Positions 19,909 through 29,622 are shown, counted from the first letter of the stretch. The stretch: DNA of 51,595 nt from an uncultured Bacilli bacterium (GCA_947626095.1 CANQQV010000011.1:1-51595); one strand, 5' to 3'. The notes: generated by a model from the sequence alone, not told the origin. Program-made: numbers and translations.

Positions 19909-21365
19909 GGAGGTAATAAATTTATGGCAACAGATATTAAGGATAAGAATGAATTAGTTGCTTTAGCTACTAAATTAGAAGAACAAGCTAAGAGTATAAA
20001 GGGTGATGGTGAAAGTTTAAAAGAAAAAATGTCATCATTAGAAAATTATGATGGTATAAATGTTGCAGGATCTGGTCAAACATTAGCTAGTAATATGGAT
20101 AATATTATTGCTGATTTAGATGCTGTTTCTAGTAATATAAAAAATTTTGCCATTTCAATTGTCGGTTTTGATGTTGATGATTTTAGTTCTTTAGCAAATA
20201 GTGAAAGTAGTAAGATGTCATATGAAGATTTATTTAAGACTGATGGTACTGTAAATGGTAATGCGCAAGTTATTTGGAATTTCTTTAAATATAAAGGTTT
20301 ATCTGATGCAGCTGTTGCTGGTATTTTAGGTAATATTCAAGCTGAAAGTAATTTTGATCCTGGAGTAGTTGAAGCTAAAACAGGTGAAGGTTATGGCCTT
20401 ATACAGTGGAGTTTTGATAGAAGAACAGCATTAGAAGCAGCAGCTCGTGAAAGAGGAGTAGATCCTAGTAATTTACAATTTCAACTTGAATACTTGTGGG
20501 AAGAAGCTGTTGATCCTAATTCATCTTATGGTAAAGATTTAGCAAAAGCAGGTTTTTATGATACTGATAGTCCATCTGATGCGGCTTATTATTTTCATAA
20601 TATTGTTGAAGGATCAAATGATAGTGAAGAAGCTATTAGAAATAATCGTTGTCAAACAGCTCAACAATGGTATAACCAATTAAAAGGAACAAGTGCTGGT
20701 GAAGTTGGTGAGGCTGTTGCAACTGGAAAAGTAAATGGTTTAACACCATTAGTAAATACAGCTTCGGTAGTTGGAGCAGCACGTAGTACATCATCTGGAG
20801 GATATAGTTCTTCATCTAGTTATAGTTCTTATACACCTGCAAGTTATGGAACACCTAGTTTTCCTAGGTCAACTGCTAATCGTAATGTTAAAATTGCGAA
20901 TGTTGATTATGAAAAATTAGAAGAATATTTAGAGGAAGTTAAAGGAACATCAGTTAAATTACCAGGTGGATTAGGTAGTAAACATACATATATGGGATGG
21001 CAATGTATAACAGCGCGTAGTTCTGATCAGTATAAACTTATTGAGTCAGCTGGAATGAACTTTGATGAACAAGGTTTTGGTAAAATAGGAGATAGATATG
21101 TTGTAGCAACAACAACAACTTTTGGTAATGTTGGCGATTTTATTGATGTTGTTCAAGAAGATGGAACAGTTATTAAATGTATTATTGGCGATATTAAGAG
21201 TCAGGGAGATGCAAATTGTAATAAGTGGGGACATAGTAATGGAGTAGATGTTGTTGAATTCGTTGTAGATAAATCTTCTTGGTATGGATCTAGTAATTCA
21301 GTTGTTAAGTTTCATCCTGAATGGAATAAAAATATAGACACAATTATTAATAAGGGTAATTATTT
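18800..21365 (+). repeat. Duplicated domain-coding segment (about 18800-19205 and 20960-21365, offset 2160)
   Basis: Highly similar DNA, including an identical 50-mer at 18985-19034 and 21145-21194. Confidence 0.9.
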
Positions 21366-21405
21366 TGACTTGGCGCAAAAGTATCCTAAAACAGTAGATA
21401 TTTAG
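19924..21405 (+). CDS. Putative T7SS-type cargo: WXG100-like N-terminus + phage-tail-type lysozyme + Ser-rich linker + 3D/DPBB-like domain
   Basis: N-terminus paralogous to the preceding gene; IW.FF...GLS..A.AGILGN.QAES.F.P...GYGLIQW...R...L...QL.YL (Phage_lysozyme2 pattern). Confidence 0.75.
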   Translation: MATDIKDKNELVALATKLEEQAKSIKGDGESLKEKMSSLENYDGINVAGSGQTLASNMDNIIADLDAVSSNIKNFAISIVGFDVDDFSSLANSESSKMSYEDLFKTDGTVNGNAQVIWNFFKYKGLSDAAVAGILGNIQAESNFDPGVVEAKTGEGYGLIQWSFDRRTALEAAARERGVDPSNLQFQLEYLWEEAVDPNSSYGKDLAKAGFYDTDSPSDAAYYFHNIVEGSNDSEEAIRNNRCQTAQQWYNQLKGTSAGEVGEAVATGKVNGLTPLVNTASVVGAARSTSSGGYSSSSSYSSYTPASYGTPSFPRSTANRNVKIANVDYEKLEEYLEEVKGTSVKLPGGLGSKHTYMGWQCITARSSDQYKLIESAGMNFDEQGFGKIGDRYVVATTTTFGNVGDFIDVVQEDGTVIKCIIGDIKSQGDANCNKWGHSNGVDVVEFVVDKSSWYGSSNSVVKFHPEWNKNIDTIINKGNYFDLAQKYPKTVDI

Positions 21406-21489
21406 TAAAAAAGTTTACACCTTTTTAAAAAAAGTAAAAATTATTAAATCAAAAATGATATAATGAAGTTAATAGAGGGAGGTCGTCGT

Positions 21490-21798
21490 ATGGGAGTTGT
21501 TACTCATAATACAGAATCAATGAGAGCTTGGTCTGGAAATATTACAAATTCAGCAAATGAATATAAAGATTATATTAGTTCTTTATATAATTTAGTTGAT
21601 ACTTTAGTTTCAGCTGATTTTACTGGAGGTTTATCAAAAGATTTTGAAAGTTCAGTATTAGATAAAAGAGATGATTTTAATAGATTAGGAGAAGTTCTAG
21701 ATGAATGTGCTGACTTAATTACTAAAACTTCAAATTCTATTGATAATGACGAAGCTGAGTTAAAAGCTCGTATTGAAAGTCATAATTCATTTAATTAA
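21490..21798 (+). CDS. WXG100/ESAT-6-like protein (central FTG)
   Basis: 102 aa, helix-turn-helix with central L...DFTG; RBS GAGGGAGG favours ATG 21490. Confidence 0.7.
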   Translation: MGVVTHNTESMRAWSGNITNSANEYKDYISSLYNLVDTLVSADFTGGLSKDFESSVLDKRDDFNRLGEVLDECADLITKTSNSIDNDEAELKARIESHNSFN

Positions 21799-21813
21799 GG
21801 AGGTTATTAATAT

Positions 21814-22095
21814 ATGGCAGATGGAGTATTAAAAATTGAAACCGGTGAAGCGAGAGCTAAAGCTGAACAAATGAAATCTTTAGCTAATAATATTGAAGCT
21901 TTACTAAATGATGTTGATGCTAAAATGCAAGAAATAAATGATGAAGAAGTTGGAACTTATCAAGGACAATATAAGCCTAGTGAACTAAGACAACAATTAG
22001 ATGAGTATAGAGCTACTTTTTATAAGTTTCATGAACAAATTAATTTGTTTGCAAATGATGTAATTGCAACAGCAGAAACAATGTTATCTGAATAA
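21814..22095 (+). CDS. WXG100-like protein (central YQG)
   Basis: 93 aa, MA...LKI.....R..A..M N-terminus, two amphipathic helices. Confidence 0.65.
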   Translation: MADGVLKIETGEARAKAEQMKSLANNIEALLNDVDAKMQEINDEEVGTYQGQYKPSELRQQLDEYRATFYKFHEQINLFANDVIATAETMLSE

Positions 22096-22153
22096 TAAAA
22101 AATTACTTTTTATAACTTAGTTATAAAAAGATTTTTTTCTAGGAGATGAAACT

Positions 22154-22447
22154 ATGGGAGATTCTTATAAATATGTACCAGAAGGTGTATCAGTAACAAT
22201 TTCTGGTTTGAAAGAAGTTATAGATGATTATCGTGAACGAATAGCTGAATTGACTTCTTTAATTAGTGAAATATCTAGTTCTGGATCTTGGAAGGATGTA
22301 CAAGTAAAAAATTCTTTTTTAAGTACGGCTAACTCATATATTGCTTTGTATAAAACTGTTTTAAGTAATATGGAGAAATATGTTAATTATTTAACTAAAA
22401 AAGCAGAAAGTGCTAGTGCATTAGAAGATGCATTTTCTAGAGGGTAG
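22154..22447 (+). CDS. WXG100-like protein (central WKD)
   Basis: 97 aa, central SGSWKD....F, two helices. Confidence 0.6.
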   Translation: MGDSYKYVPEGVSVTISGLKEVIDDYRERIAELTSLISEISSSGSWKDVQVKNSFLSTANSYIALYKTVLSNMEKYVNYLTKKAESASALEDAFSRG

Positions 22448-22454
22448 GTAAATT

Positions 22455-22718
22455 ATGGATACATCAGTTTATATTGATACAGCTGCTTTAGAAGCTTGGA
22501 GTGCTAGAATGGCAACTATTAATGAAGCAGCAATTAGTGATTTAAGTAACTTTATTAATAAAGCTAATGAATTAGATGGATCATTTGAAGGTACTTCAGC
22601 TTCAGCGTTTTTATCATCAACTAGTGGTTTTATTAATTTGGCGAAAAATGGACATCTTAAAATGTCTAATGTTAAAAACTTCTTAATTGAAGTTGCTAAT
22701 GTAATGGAGAACGAGTAA
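22455..22718 (+). CDS. WXG100-like protein (central FEG)
   Basis: 87 aa, V.ID.A.L...A..M, L..SFEG.SA.AF. Confidence 0.7.
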   Translation: MDTSVYIDTAALEAWSARMATINEAAISDLSNFINKANELDGSFEGTSASAFLSSTSGFINLAKNGHLKMSNVKNFLIEVANVMENE

Positions 22719-22798
22719 TTTACAATGGATGAAGTCTTTTATAAGACTTTTTTTTGTTTTGTGATATAATAAATTTAAGAATAAAGTGGGTGGAAATA

Positions 22799-24355
22799 AT
22801 GATTGAATTATCTGATACTTTAACTGAAGCTATTAAAGATCGTTTAAATGTTTTAAATAATGGTAATAAATTTGAACAAGAACAATTAGATAAAATAACA
22901 TATTTAAAAGTTAATAAAAATGATATTAATTCATTAAATTTATTCCCTAATTTAGTAAGAATTGATTTTGAAACATTTCCATCTATAACGGAAGAAGAAT
23001 TAAAACTTGTAAGTGAAATAGTTCCTAATTTAACAAGTTTAAAAATAAAAGAGCAAACTGCTTTAATAAATATCGATTTAAGTATATTTAATAAGTTAGA
23101 AGACTTATGTTTAATACATAATGAAAATTTAGAAACAGTAAGTTATATACCTAAGTTAAAAAGTTTTACGTTCTATGATAATAAGGATTTTAAAGATAAT
23201 AAACATATTGTTGATTTTTTGATTAATAATCCTAATTGTAATAATACTTTAGATATTATTTATTATATTGATATGATTAATACAACAGGGATGAAACCTA
23301 GTAATGATAACATTAAATGGGTTGATTCAATTGGTCTTAGAAAGTATTTGATACATGAATATACTAATGAAGAGATAGATGTACTTATGTCAAATATTTC
23401 ATATATTGTTTCTAAATATATTTATAAAACTGACGGAGATATTGAAAAATTTGGTGTTTTATATAGATGGATGCTTAATAATATAGAATTTATTAATGAA
23501 GATGATCCTAAAGGTGATAAAGAATTATTTGAAAGAGTAAATAATATTTATAAAGTATTTAATTTTAATAAAGGTGGTAGGCTTTCTTATGCTAAAGCTT
23601 TTCAAATGTTACTAGCATATGCGGGAGTTAAATCTTCGGTAGTATATTCAATGGGAGCTTTAGATGCAATAGGTTATTATAATGGAAAGAAAGTTTATTC
23701 ATTATTTGGAACATCTGATTACGCTTTACTTAGAGTTACATTAGATAATAAGTATTATTATTGTGATGTAGCTTGGGATTCAATGGTAAGCTATTATAAA
23801 TTCTTCGATGAATTAAGATTATTTTTAGTTAGTAAAGAAGAATTAAGTATAAGACATAAGTTTGTTGGTGAAGGTAATATAGATAAAACTTATTCTTATC
23901 ATGGTGATGATAGTGACGACTTAATTATGTATGCTATAGAAAGAGTAAAAGAAACTGATGACTTATTTAATAGTATTACACAGTTTGATGCTAAATTACT
24001 TGGTGAAAATATGAATAAGACGTTGCTTGATAATAAATATATTGCTTTAAATAATAGATTAAAAGATTTAAATAATGATAGCAATGAATATAATGATATA
24101 AAAGAGGAAATTAATAAGACGCAAGATGAGATTAAACAGATTGAATTGAGAATAAGAAATTATCAGGATCAAAAAGAAAGAGAACAATTAAAATATGTTA
24201 ACTATTTCTTAGAACATTACTTAACAGAGGAAGAACAGAAACTTAATAATGAAGAGTTGTTCCATGTATTGAATCGAAAAGTAGATAATTATTTACTATC
24301 AAAATATGTTTATGAAATGTTAGAAGATTTAATAAAATTAAGAGCAACTAATTAG
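22799..24355 (+). CDS. Leucine-rich repeat + transglutaminase-like (catalytically degenerate) + coiled-coil protein
   Basis: FPNL..I, PNL.SL.I, F.KLE.L.L repeats; D.EK...LY.W...NI.F, G...YAKAF..LL...GV, V.LD.KYY..DV.WD. Confidence 0.7.
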   Translation: MIELSDTLTEAIKDRLNVLNNGNKFEQEQLDKITYLKVNKNDINSLNLFPNLVRIDFETFPSITEEELKLVSEIVPNLTSLKIKEQTALINIDLSIFNKLEDLCLIHNENLETVSYIPKLKSFTFYDNKDFKDNKHIVDFLINNPNCNNTLDIIYYIDMINTTGMKPSNDNIKWVDSIGLRKYLIHEYTNEEIDVLMSNISYIVSKYIYKTDGDIEKFGVLYRWMLNNIEFINEDDPKGDKELFERVNNIYKVFNFNKGGRLSYAKAFQMLLAYAGVKSSVVYSMGALDAIGYYNGKKVYSLFGTSDYALLRVTLDNKYYYCDVAWDSMVSYYKFFDELRLFLVSKEELSIRHKFVGEGNIDKTYSYHGDDSDDLIMYAIERVKETDDLFNSITQFDAKLLGENMNKTLLDNKYIALNNRLKDLNNDSNEYNDIKEEINKTQDEIKQIELRIRNYQDQKEREQLKYVNYFLEHYLTEEEQKLNNEELFHVLNRKVDNYLLSKYVYEMLEDLIKLRATN

Positions 24356-24415
24356 TTGTTCTTTTTAATGTTAAAGTTAATTAATTGTGTTATAGTACTA
24401 TATGTGGTGATATGA

Positions 24416-24979
24416 ATGATAATAGCAACAAATAATAAGGGTAAGATAAAAGAAATTAAAGAGATATTTAAAGATTATGATTTATATAGTTTAAAAGATA
24501 AAGGGATAGATGTTGATGTTGTTGAAGACCAAGATACTTTTTATGGTAATGCTTTAAAGAAAGCTAAAGAGATATATGAATTAACTAATGAACCAGTTAT
24601 AGCTGATGATTCAGGATTATGTGTTTTAGAATTAGATGGCTGGCCAGGAGTGTTAACGCATAGATTTTTAGGTGAAGAGGCAACTGACGAAGAACGAAAT
24701 AAAGCGATAATTGAAAAGGTTAATGTTTTAAGTAGTCGTAAAGCGAAAGTAGTATGTAATATGGTTTATTATGATGGAAGTAAGACTTTAGTGGGTGTTG
24801 GAGAGATAAATGGTAATATTACTAAAGAAATGCGTGGAGAGAACGGTTTTGGCTTTGATTCAATATTTGAATTAGAAAATGGTAAAACATTAGCTGAACT
24901 TAGTTCTGTAGAAAAGAATAAAGTAAGTGCAAGGTATTTGGCGCTGGTTGATTTAAAGAAACAATTAGATAATAAATAA
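24416..24979 (+). CDS. rdgB: Non-canonical purine NTP pyrophosphatase (Ham1)
   Basis: AT.N.GK..E, TF..NA..KA, ADDSGL, GFGFD.IF, KN.VS.R. Confidence 0.93.
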   Translation: MIIATNNKGKIKEIKEIFKDYDLYSLKDKGIDVDVVEDQDTFYGNALKKAKEIYELTNEPVIADDSGLCVLELDGWPGVLTHRFLGEEATDEERNKAIIEKVNVLSSRKAKVVCNMVYYDGSKTLVGVGEINGNITKEMRGENGFGFDSIFELENGKTLAELSSVEKNKVSARYLALVDLKKQLDNK

Positions 24980-25009
24980 AACTCATTTCAAAAACGAAAT
25001 GAGTTTTTT
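24977..25009. terminator. Bidirectional terminator between convergent genes
   Basis: AAAACTCATTTC-loop-GAAATGAGTTTT with T tract. Confidence 0.75.
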
Positions 25010-25010
25010 G

Positions 25011-25667
25011 TTAAGCTTTTCTAAAGAAATATACTAAACCTATGCCACTAATTAAGATTAAACCAAGAGGTAAGATAAGATTTAAGTCACCAGTAGTAGG
25101 ATTTTCTTCTTTAATTTTTTCGGCTATTTCAGGTGACCATTCTTTGTCTTTTCCTTCAGTATCTAAAAGAGATATTTTTTCTGGATCTATTTCGATTATG
25201 ACATATTGATCATTATGACCATCTTTATCCCAATCAAAACTATATTTATAAGTTAATTTTTTACCATCTAATAGAACTTTTTTTAAGTTAGTTGGAGTAA
25301 TACCGACATAATCTTTAAATGATGAAGCTTTAATTTCAGTAGTTTTATTGTCTGGGGTGGTTACTTTAAAATTTGAATCATTGTCATCACTTGGTTCAGT
25401 TACCTCAAAACCAATCCAAGCAGCAGGACCTGGTCTTTCACCATCAGCGGCATCGTTATCTTTTTCTAACATTTTGAATGTTGAAGCACCATATCTAATG
25501 TAGGTAGTATCTCCTTTCGTTTCAATTGTTCCTTTGCCAGAGGTAAGTGAATCTCCAGCTTTTTCTGTTATGTCTTTGACTTCACCGTAATTGCTAGCAG
25601 CAAAGACATGAGGAATTAATGCTAGCGACATTATAATGAATATTGGGATCATTATAATTCTTTTCAT
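25011..25667 (-). CDS. Sortase-anchored surface protein (NPTTG sorting signal)
   Basis: Signal peptide ending VFA; C-terminal NPTTG + TM + RK tail; divergent from srtB. Confidence 0.85.
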   Translation of the reverse strand: MKRIIMIPIFIIMSLALIPHVFAASNYGEVKDITEKAGDSLTSGKGTIETKGDTTYIRYGASTFKMLEKDNDAADGERPGPAAWIGFEVTEPSDDNDSNFKVTTPDNKTTEIKASSFKDYVGITPTNLKKVLLDGKKLTYKYSFDWDKDGHNDQYVIIEIDPEKISLLDTEGKDKEWSPEIAEKIKEENPTTGDLNLILPLGLILISGIGLVYFFRKA

Positions 25668-25729
25668 AAACCGACTCCTTTTTTCATAATAATATTTTAG
25701 TCATTCTTCTATGACTGAGGTGATTATCA

Positions 25730-26584
25730 ATGAAGAAATACATGACTTTGGAAGAGTTTTTTAAAACATCAACAACTATTAAGAAAAGAAAGAAGAATAT
25801 ATTAGATTATATGGTAGCTATTGGATGTTTTAGTATTATCATCTTCTCATTATATACTATATTTAATTGGTATAAAGATAATTCCAAAATTAGACAATTA
25901 AATACAGAAATTCTGCAAAATACTAATATTATAAATAGTAATGAAAAAGGAGAATTAGTTAATCCACCAGTAGATATGAATAGTAATTATTATTACTATA
26001 CTAAGTTCTCTTTAACGGAAGTAGATTTTAGTAAATTAAAGGAAAGTAATGATGATACTGTAGCTTTTATTAAAATTGATAATACGAATGTGAATTATCC
26101 AGTAGTACAAGTAGATAATAATGCTTATTATTTAAAACATTCTTTTGATAAAAAGAGTAATAAAGGTGGATGGATATTTTTAGACTTTAGAAATGATATC
26201 AATAATTTAAGTGATAATACGATTATATATGGACATTCGAGATTAGATGGAACGATGTTTGGGAGTCTTAAAAATACTTTAACTGATTATTGGCAGAGTG
26301 ATAAGAATAATTATGTGATTTATATATCAACACCTAAAGAAAATATGTTGTTTCAAATATTTAGTATTTATACTATTCAAAAGGAGAATTATTATATCAG
26401 AACTAGTTTTGAAACTAAGAAAGATAAACAAAAGTGGTTAGATACGATGAAAGAAAGGAATATAGTACCAATAGATACAGAGGTTAATGTTGATGATAAG
26501 ATATTAACTCTATCGACGTGTCAGAATAATCATGATGGAAGAATTGTGGTGCAAGCGAAGTTGATTAAGAAGCAGATAAGATAG
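25730..26584 (+). CDS. srtB: Class B sortase
   Basis: TM anchor, NYPVVQ..NN.YYL, NTIIYGH, MFG.L, LTLSTC, catalytic Arg in GRIVV. Confidence 0.93.
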   Translation: MKKYMTLEEFFKTSTTIKKRKKNILDYMVAIGCFSIIIFSLYTIFNWYKDNSKIRQLNTEILQNTNIINSNEKGELVNPPVDMNSNYYYYTKFSLTEVDFSKLKESNDDTVAFIKIDNTNVNYPVVQVDNNAYYLKHSFDKKSNKGGWIFLDFRNDINNLSDNTIIYGHSRLDGTMFGSLKNTLTDYWQSDKNNYVIYISTPKENMLFQIFSIYTIQKENYYIRTSFETKKDKQKWLDTMKERNIVPIDTEVNVDDKILTLSTCQNNHDGRIVVQAKLIKKQIR

Positions 26585-26663
26585 AGTAATGACGATAATT
26601 AATTTTTAAAAGTACTTGATTTTCACCAGAAAATATCGTAAAATGATATAAAGAGGTGAAAAT

Positions 26664-27254
26664 ATGGTATTAACTAGTGAAATTGCTAAGAATTATTTGA
26701 TTAATTATGCTAATAAAACTACTAAGTTATCAAGAGAAGTAAAAAATAATCGATTATTTAGAATTATAAATGGTTTATATGAAACTAATGCTAATGTTCC
26801 AGGATATTTGTTAGCTTCTAGTATTTATGGTCCTTCTTATATTTCGTTTGAATATGCCTTATCTTATTATGGATTAATACCAGAAAGAGTAACTACTATT
26901 ACTTGTGCTACTTTTGATAAGAAAAAAAAGAAGGAATATAAAACAGATTTTGGTGTATTTACTTATAGAGATGTTCCATCATTGGCTTATCCTGAAGAAA
27001 TAATTTTAAAAGAAGAAGATAATTATTCATATCAGATAGCAACACCCGAAAAAGCTCTATGTGATAAATTGTATACTTTACCTCCTTTATTTAATTTTTC
27101 CAATTTAGAAAATATGTTGTTTAATGACTTGAGAATAGATGAAGAAACTTTTAATAATTTAGATGAAGAAAAAGTTTATAAATTAAGTAGATTATATCAT
27201 TCTACAAATGTTGATTTATTGGCTAGATATATGAGGAGGAATAAAAATGAATAA
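26664..27254 (+). CDS. abiEi: Type IV TA antitoxin, AbiEi-like
   Basis: L.RI..GLY, PSYISFE.ALSYYGLIPE, IATPEKAL.D. Confidence 0.88.
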   Translation: MVLTSEIAKNYLINYANKTTKLSREVKNNRLFRIINGLYETNANVPGYLLASSIYGPSYISFEYALSYYGLIPERVTTITCATFDKKKKKEYKTDFGVFTYRDVPSLAYPEEIILKEEDNYSYQIATPEKALCDKLYTLPPLFNFSNLENMLFNDLRIDEETFNNLDEEKVYKLSRLYHSTNVDLLARYMRRNKNE

Positions 27255-28107
27255 TATTATTGAACAAATGTTAAGTAAGTATGAAATAAAAAATTTGAAT
27301 GATGAAATAAATGCCTTAAAGGAAATTATTCAGGAGATAGTTCTAGCTGGTTTATCAAGAGGGAACTTTTTTAATGAAGCTGCTTTTTATGGTGGAACAT
27401 CTTTAAGAATATTTTATAATTTAGATAGATTTTCTGAAGATTTGGACTTTGCGTTAATAAAACCAAATAAAGATTTTGATTTGAGTAAATATTTTCCTTA
27501 TATCGAAAAAGAATTAAAGGCTTATGGTATTAAATTAGAGATAACAATCAAAAATAAAAATATTGATTCTAATATTACGTCTGCGTTTTTAAAAGGAGAT
27601 ACATTAGAACATATCTTAAAATTTTTCCCAAGTGAAGAAGATCATACTTATAATCATATATTAAAAGATTTAAAGATTAAATTTGAAGTAGATATTAATC
27701 CTCCTACTGGGGCAACTTTTGAAGATAAATATAAATTATTACCAAGTCCTCATCAAATTAAATTATATGATAAAGAATCATTATTAGCGGGTAAGATTCA
27801 TGCTATTTTATGTAGAGGGTGGAAGTCAAGAACAAAAGGACGAGATTTATATGATTATGTTTTCTTTTTAGCTAATGATACAAAAGTTAATTTAGAATTA
27901 TTAAAAAATAAATTAATTGAATCTGATTATATTAAACCTAGTGATCTTTTTGATATAGGAAAGTTAAAAGAATTGTTAATAAATAAATTTAATGAAATTG
28001 ATTATAATGATGCTAAGGAAGATGTTAAACCTTTTATTAGAAATGTAGATAGTATTGAGATTTGGAGTAAAGAATTCTTTATTAGTATTACAGATAAACT
28101 TATTTAA
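27247..28107 (+). CDS. abiEii: Type IV TA toxin, AbiEii nucleotidyltransferase
   Basis: FYGGTSLR..Y.L.RFSEDLDF, K..A...R...RDLYD. Confidence 0.92.
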   Translation: MNNIIEQMLSKYEIKNLNDEINALKEIIQEIVLAGLSRGNFFNEAAFYGGTSLRIFYNLDRFSEDLDFALIKPNKDFDLSKYFPYIEKELKAYGIKLEITIKNKNIDSNITSAFLKGDTLEHILKFFPSEEDHTYNHILKDLKIKFEVDINPPTGATFEDKYKLLPSPHQIKLYDKESLLAGKIHAILCRGWKSRTKGRDLYDYVFFLANDTKVNLELLKNKLIESDYIKPSDLFDIGKLKELLINKFNEIDYNDAKEDVKPFIRNVDSIEIWSKEFFISITDKLI

Positions 28108-28151
28108 ATAATTTTTTGAATTTAAAAAGAGTAATATTTAGAAATTAAGTA

Positions 28152-28415
28152 TTACTCTTTTTTATACATATCTACGCGTTTAGGTAGTTTTTTAGCTTTT
28201 ATAGCTGTGCTTTCTTCAAATAGTAGAATTGGTTTAATATTTAATGATTTGGCGATTAAATCAATGTTTTTGCAAGTTAAATTGGCATATCCATTTTCGA
28301 TGGTACTTATGTAAGCCATTTTAAATTTTGTTTTATTAGCAAATTGTTCTTGAGTAATATTATTTTGATATCTATACCATTTTGTATTAAGACCAATTAA
28401 TTCCATCGAATTCAT
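28152..28415 (-). CDS. Small XRE-family HTH regulator
   Basis: ITQEQFA......YIS.IENG..N.T...I..IA..L. Confidence 0.85.
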   Translation of the reverse strand: MNSMELIGLNTKWYRYQNNITQEQFANKTKFKMAYISTIENGYANLTCKNIDLIAKSLNIKPILLFEESTAIKAKKLPKRVDMYKKE

Positions 28416-28581
28416 TAAATCACCACCAGTTAAACTATTAATTATTAAGATATAAATTAATCATATTTAAATTATAAAGTTTAAAACAATATAATTTAAT
28501 ACCAATAAAACTTATTAAGATTTATCTTAACAAAGAATAATTAACATGTTATAATTCCTTTATGAAAGGAAATAATGAAAT

Positions 28582-29622
28582 ATGAAAAAGAAGATATTAA
28601 GTTTATTATTAATTGGTATATTATTTATAGTTTTAACAGGGTGTGGAGATACTAATGAAAAAAAGAGTAAATCTAGCGGTGAAGATAATGTTTTATCATC
28701 AAAAGTAAAAGCTGGAGATTATGTAGATTACAAAGTAGAAAAAGATATTAGTTATGTAGCGCCTCAAGATAAGACTGGATATACTAAAGATCAAACTTTT
28801 GAAACTACTGGTGAAGAAAAATGGCGTGTTATGAATGTTAATTCAGATGGAACAATAGATTTAATTATGGATGGATATGGTCTATCTATTATTGATCAAG
28901 GCTTACATTTTAAGGGCAAATTAGGTGTGGAAAATTTTGAATCTGAACTAAATAATGTAATTAATATTTATCTTAATAAAGATTATGCAACAAAGGCAAG
29001 AAGTTTAAATAGAGCTGATATTGAGACTATGCTAGATTTAGAAGCAACCAAAAAGCAATTATTAAAAATATATGATAGTGATTCAATTTTATTCAAACGA
29101 GATGAAAATATAGATATAAGTGGTACAAGAGATGAAGCTCTAGAAAATATGAGTAAAACATATTATAGTTATTTAACTGGATATACTTATGGAGATGTTA
29201 TTACAATTGATGGTGAATCTATTCAGTATAATTTAAAATTTCCTTTAGAAAAGGGCTTTTATGACTGTATTACAAATGAAGAATATAGAGATTTACTTGA
29301 GGGCACATTCTCAGTTTGGCTTGGAGATAAACCTTCAACTTCTATAAATTATAACTGGAATTATCAATCTTACTATATTGATTATAAGTCATATATATTA
29401 TCTTTTGAAACTGATGATAATGGAATCAAATGGTATGAAATGAAGAGTAGTGATTGGTTCTATAGGCTAAATTTAAGTGAAACAGGAGAAAATACATTTA
29501 CTAAGGGTAGTGGTATTGAAGGTACCCATGAAGGAAATGTTAAACCAATTGTTACTTTAAAATCTGGTCTTAAAATAAGTGGTGGAAAAGGTACTGAGGA
29601 TAGCCCATACACTATAAAATAA
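28582..29622 (+). CDS. Lipoprotein of unknown function (DUF6273-like)
   Basis: Lipobox LTGC; GDYV.Y, WRV, V.P.V.L, C-terminal G.GT...PY.I. Confidence 0.75.
   Translation: MKKKILSLLLIGILFIVLTGCGDTNEKKSKSSGEDNVLSSKVKAGDYVDYKVEKDISYVAPQDKTGYTKDQTFETTGEEKWRVMNVNSDGTIDLIMDGYGLSIIDQGLHFKGKLGVENFESELNNVINIYLNKDYATKARSLNRADIETMLDLEATKKQLLKIYDSDSILFKRDENIDISGTRDEALENMSKTYYSYLTGYTYGDVITIDGESIQYNLKFPLEKGFYDCITNEEYRDLLEGTFSVWLGDKPSTSINYNWNYQSYYIDYKSYILSFETDDNGIKWYEMKSSDWFYRLNLSETGENTFTKGSGIEGTHEGNVKPIVTLKSGLKISGGKGTEDSPYTIK

Noticed and set aside
19924-21405. Prophage remnant suggested by the phage-tail lysozyme domain
   Set aside because: No integrase, structural, terminase or holin genes nearby; this domain also occurs in cellular hydrolases.
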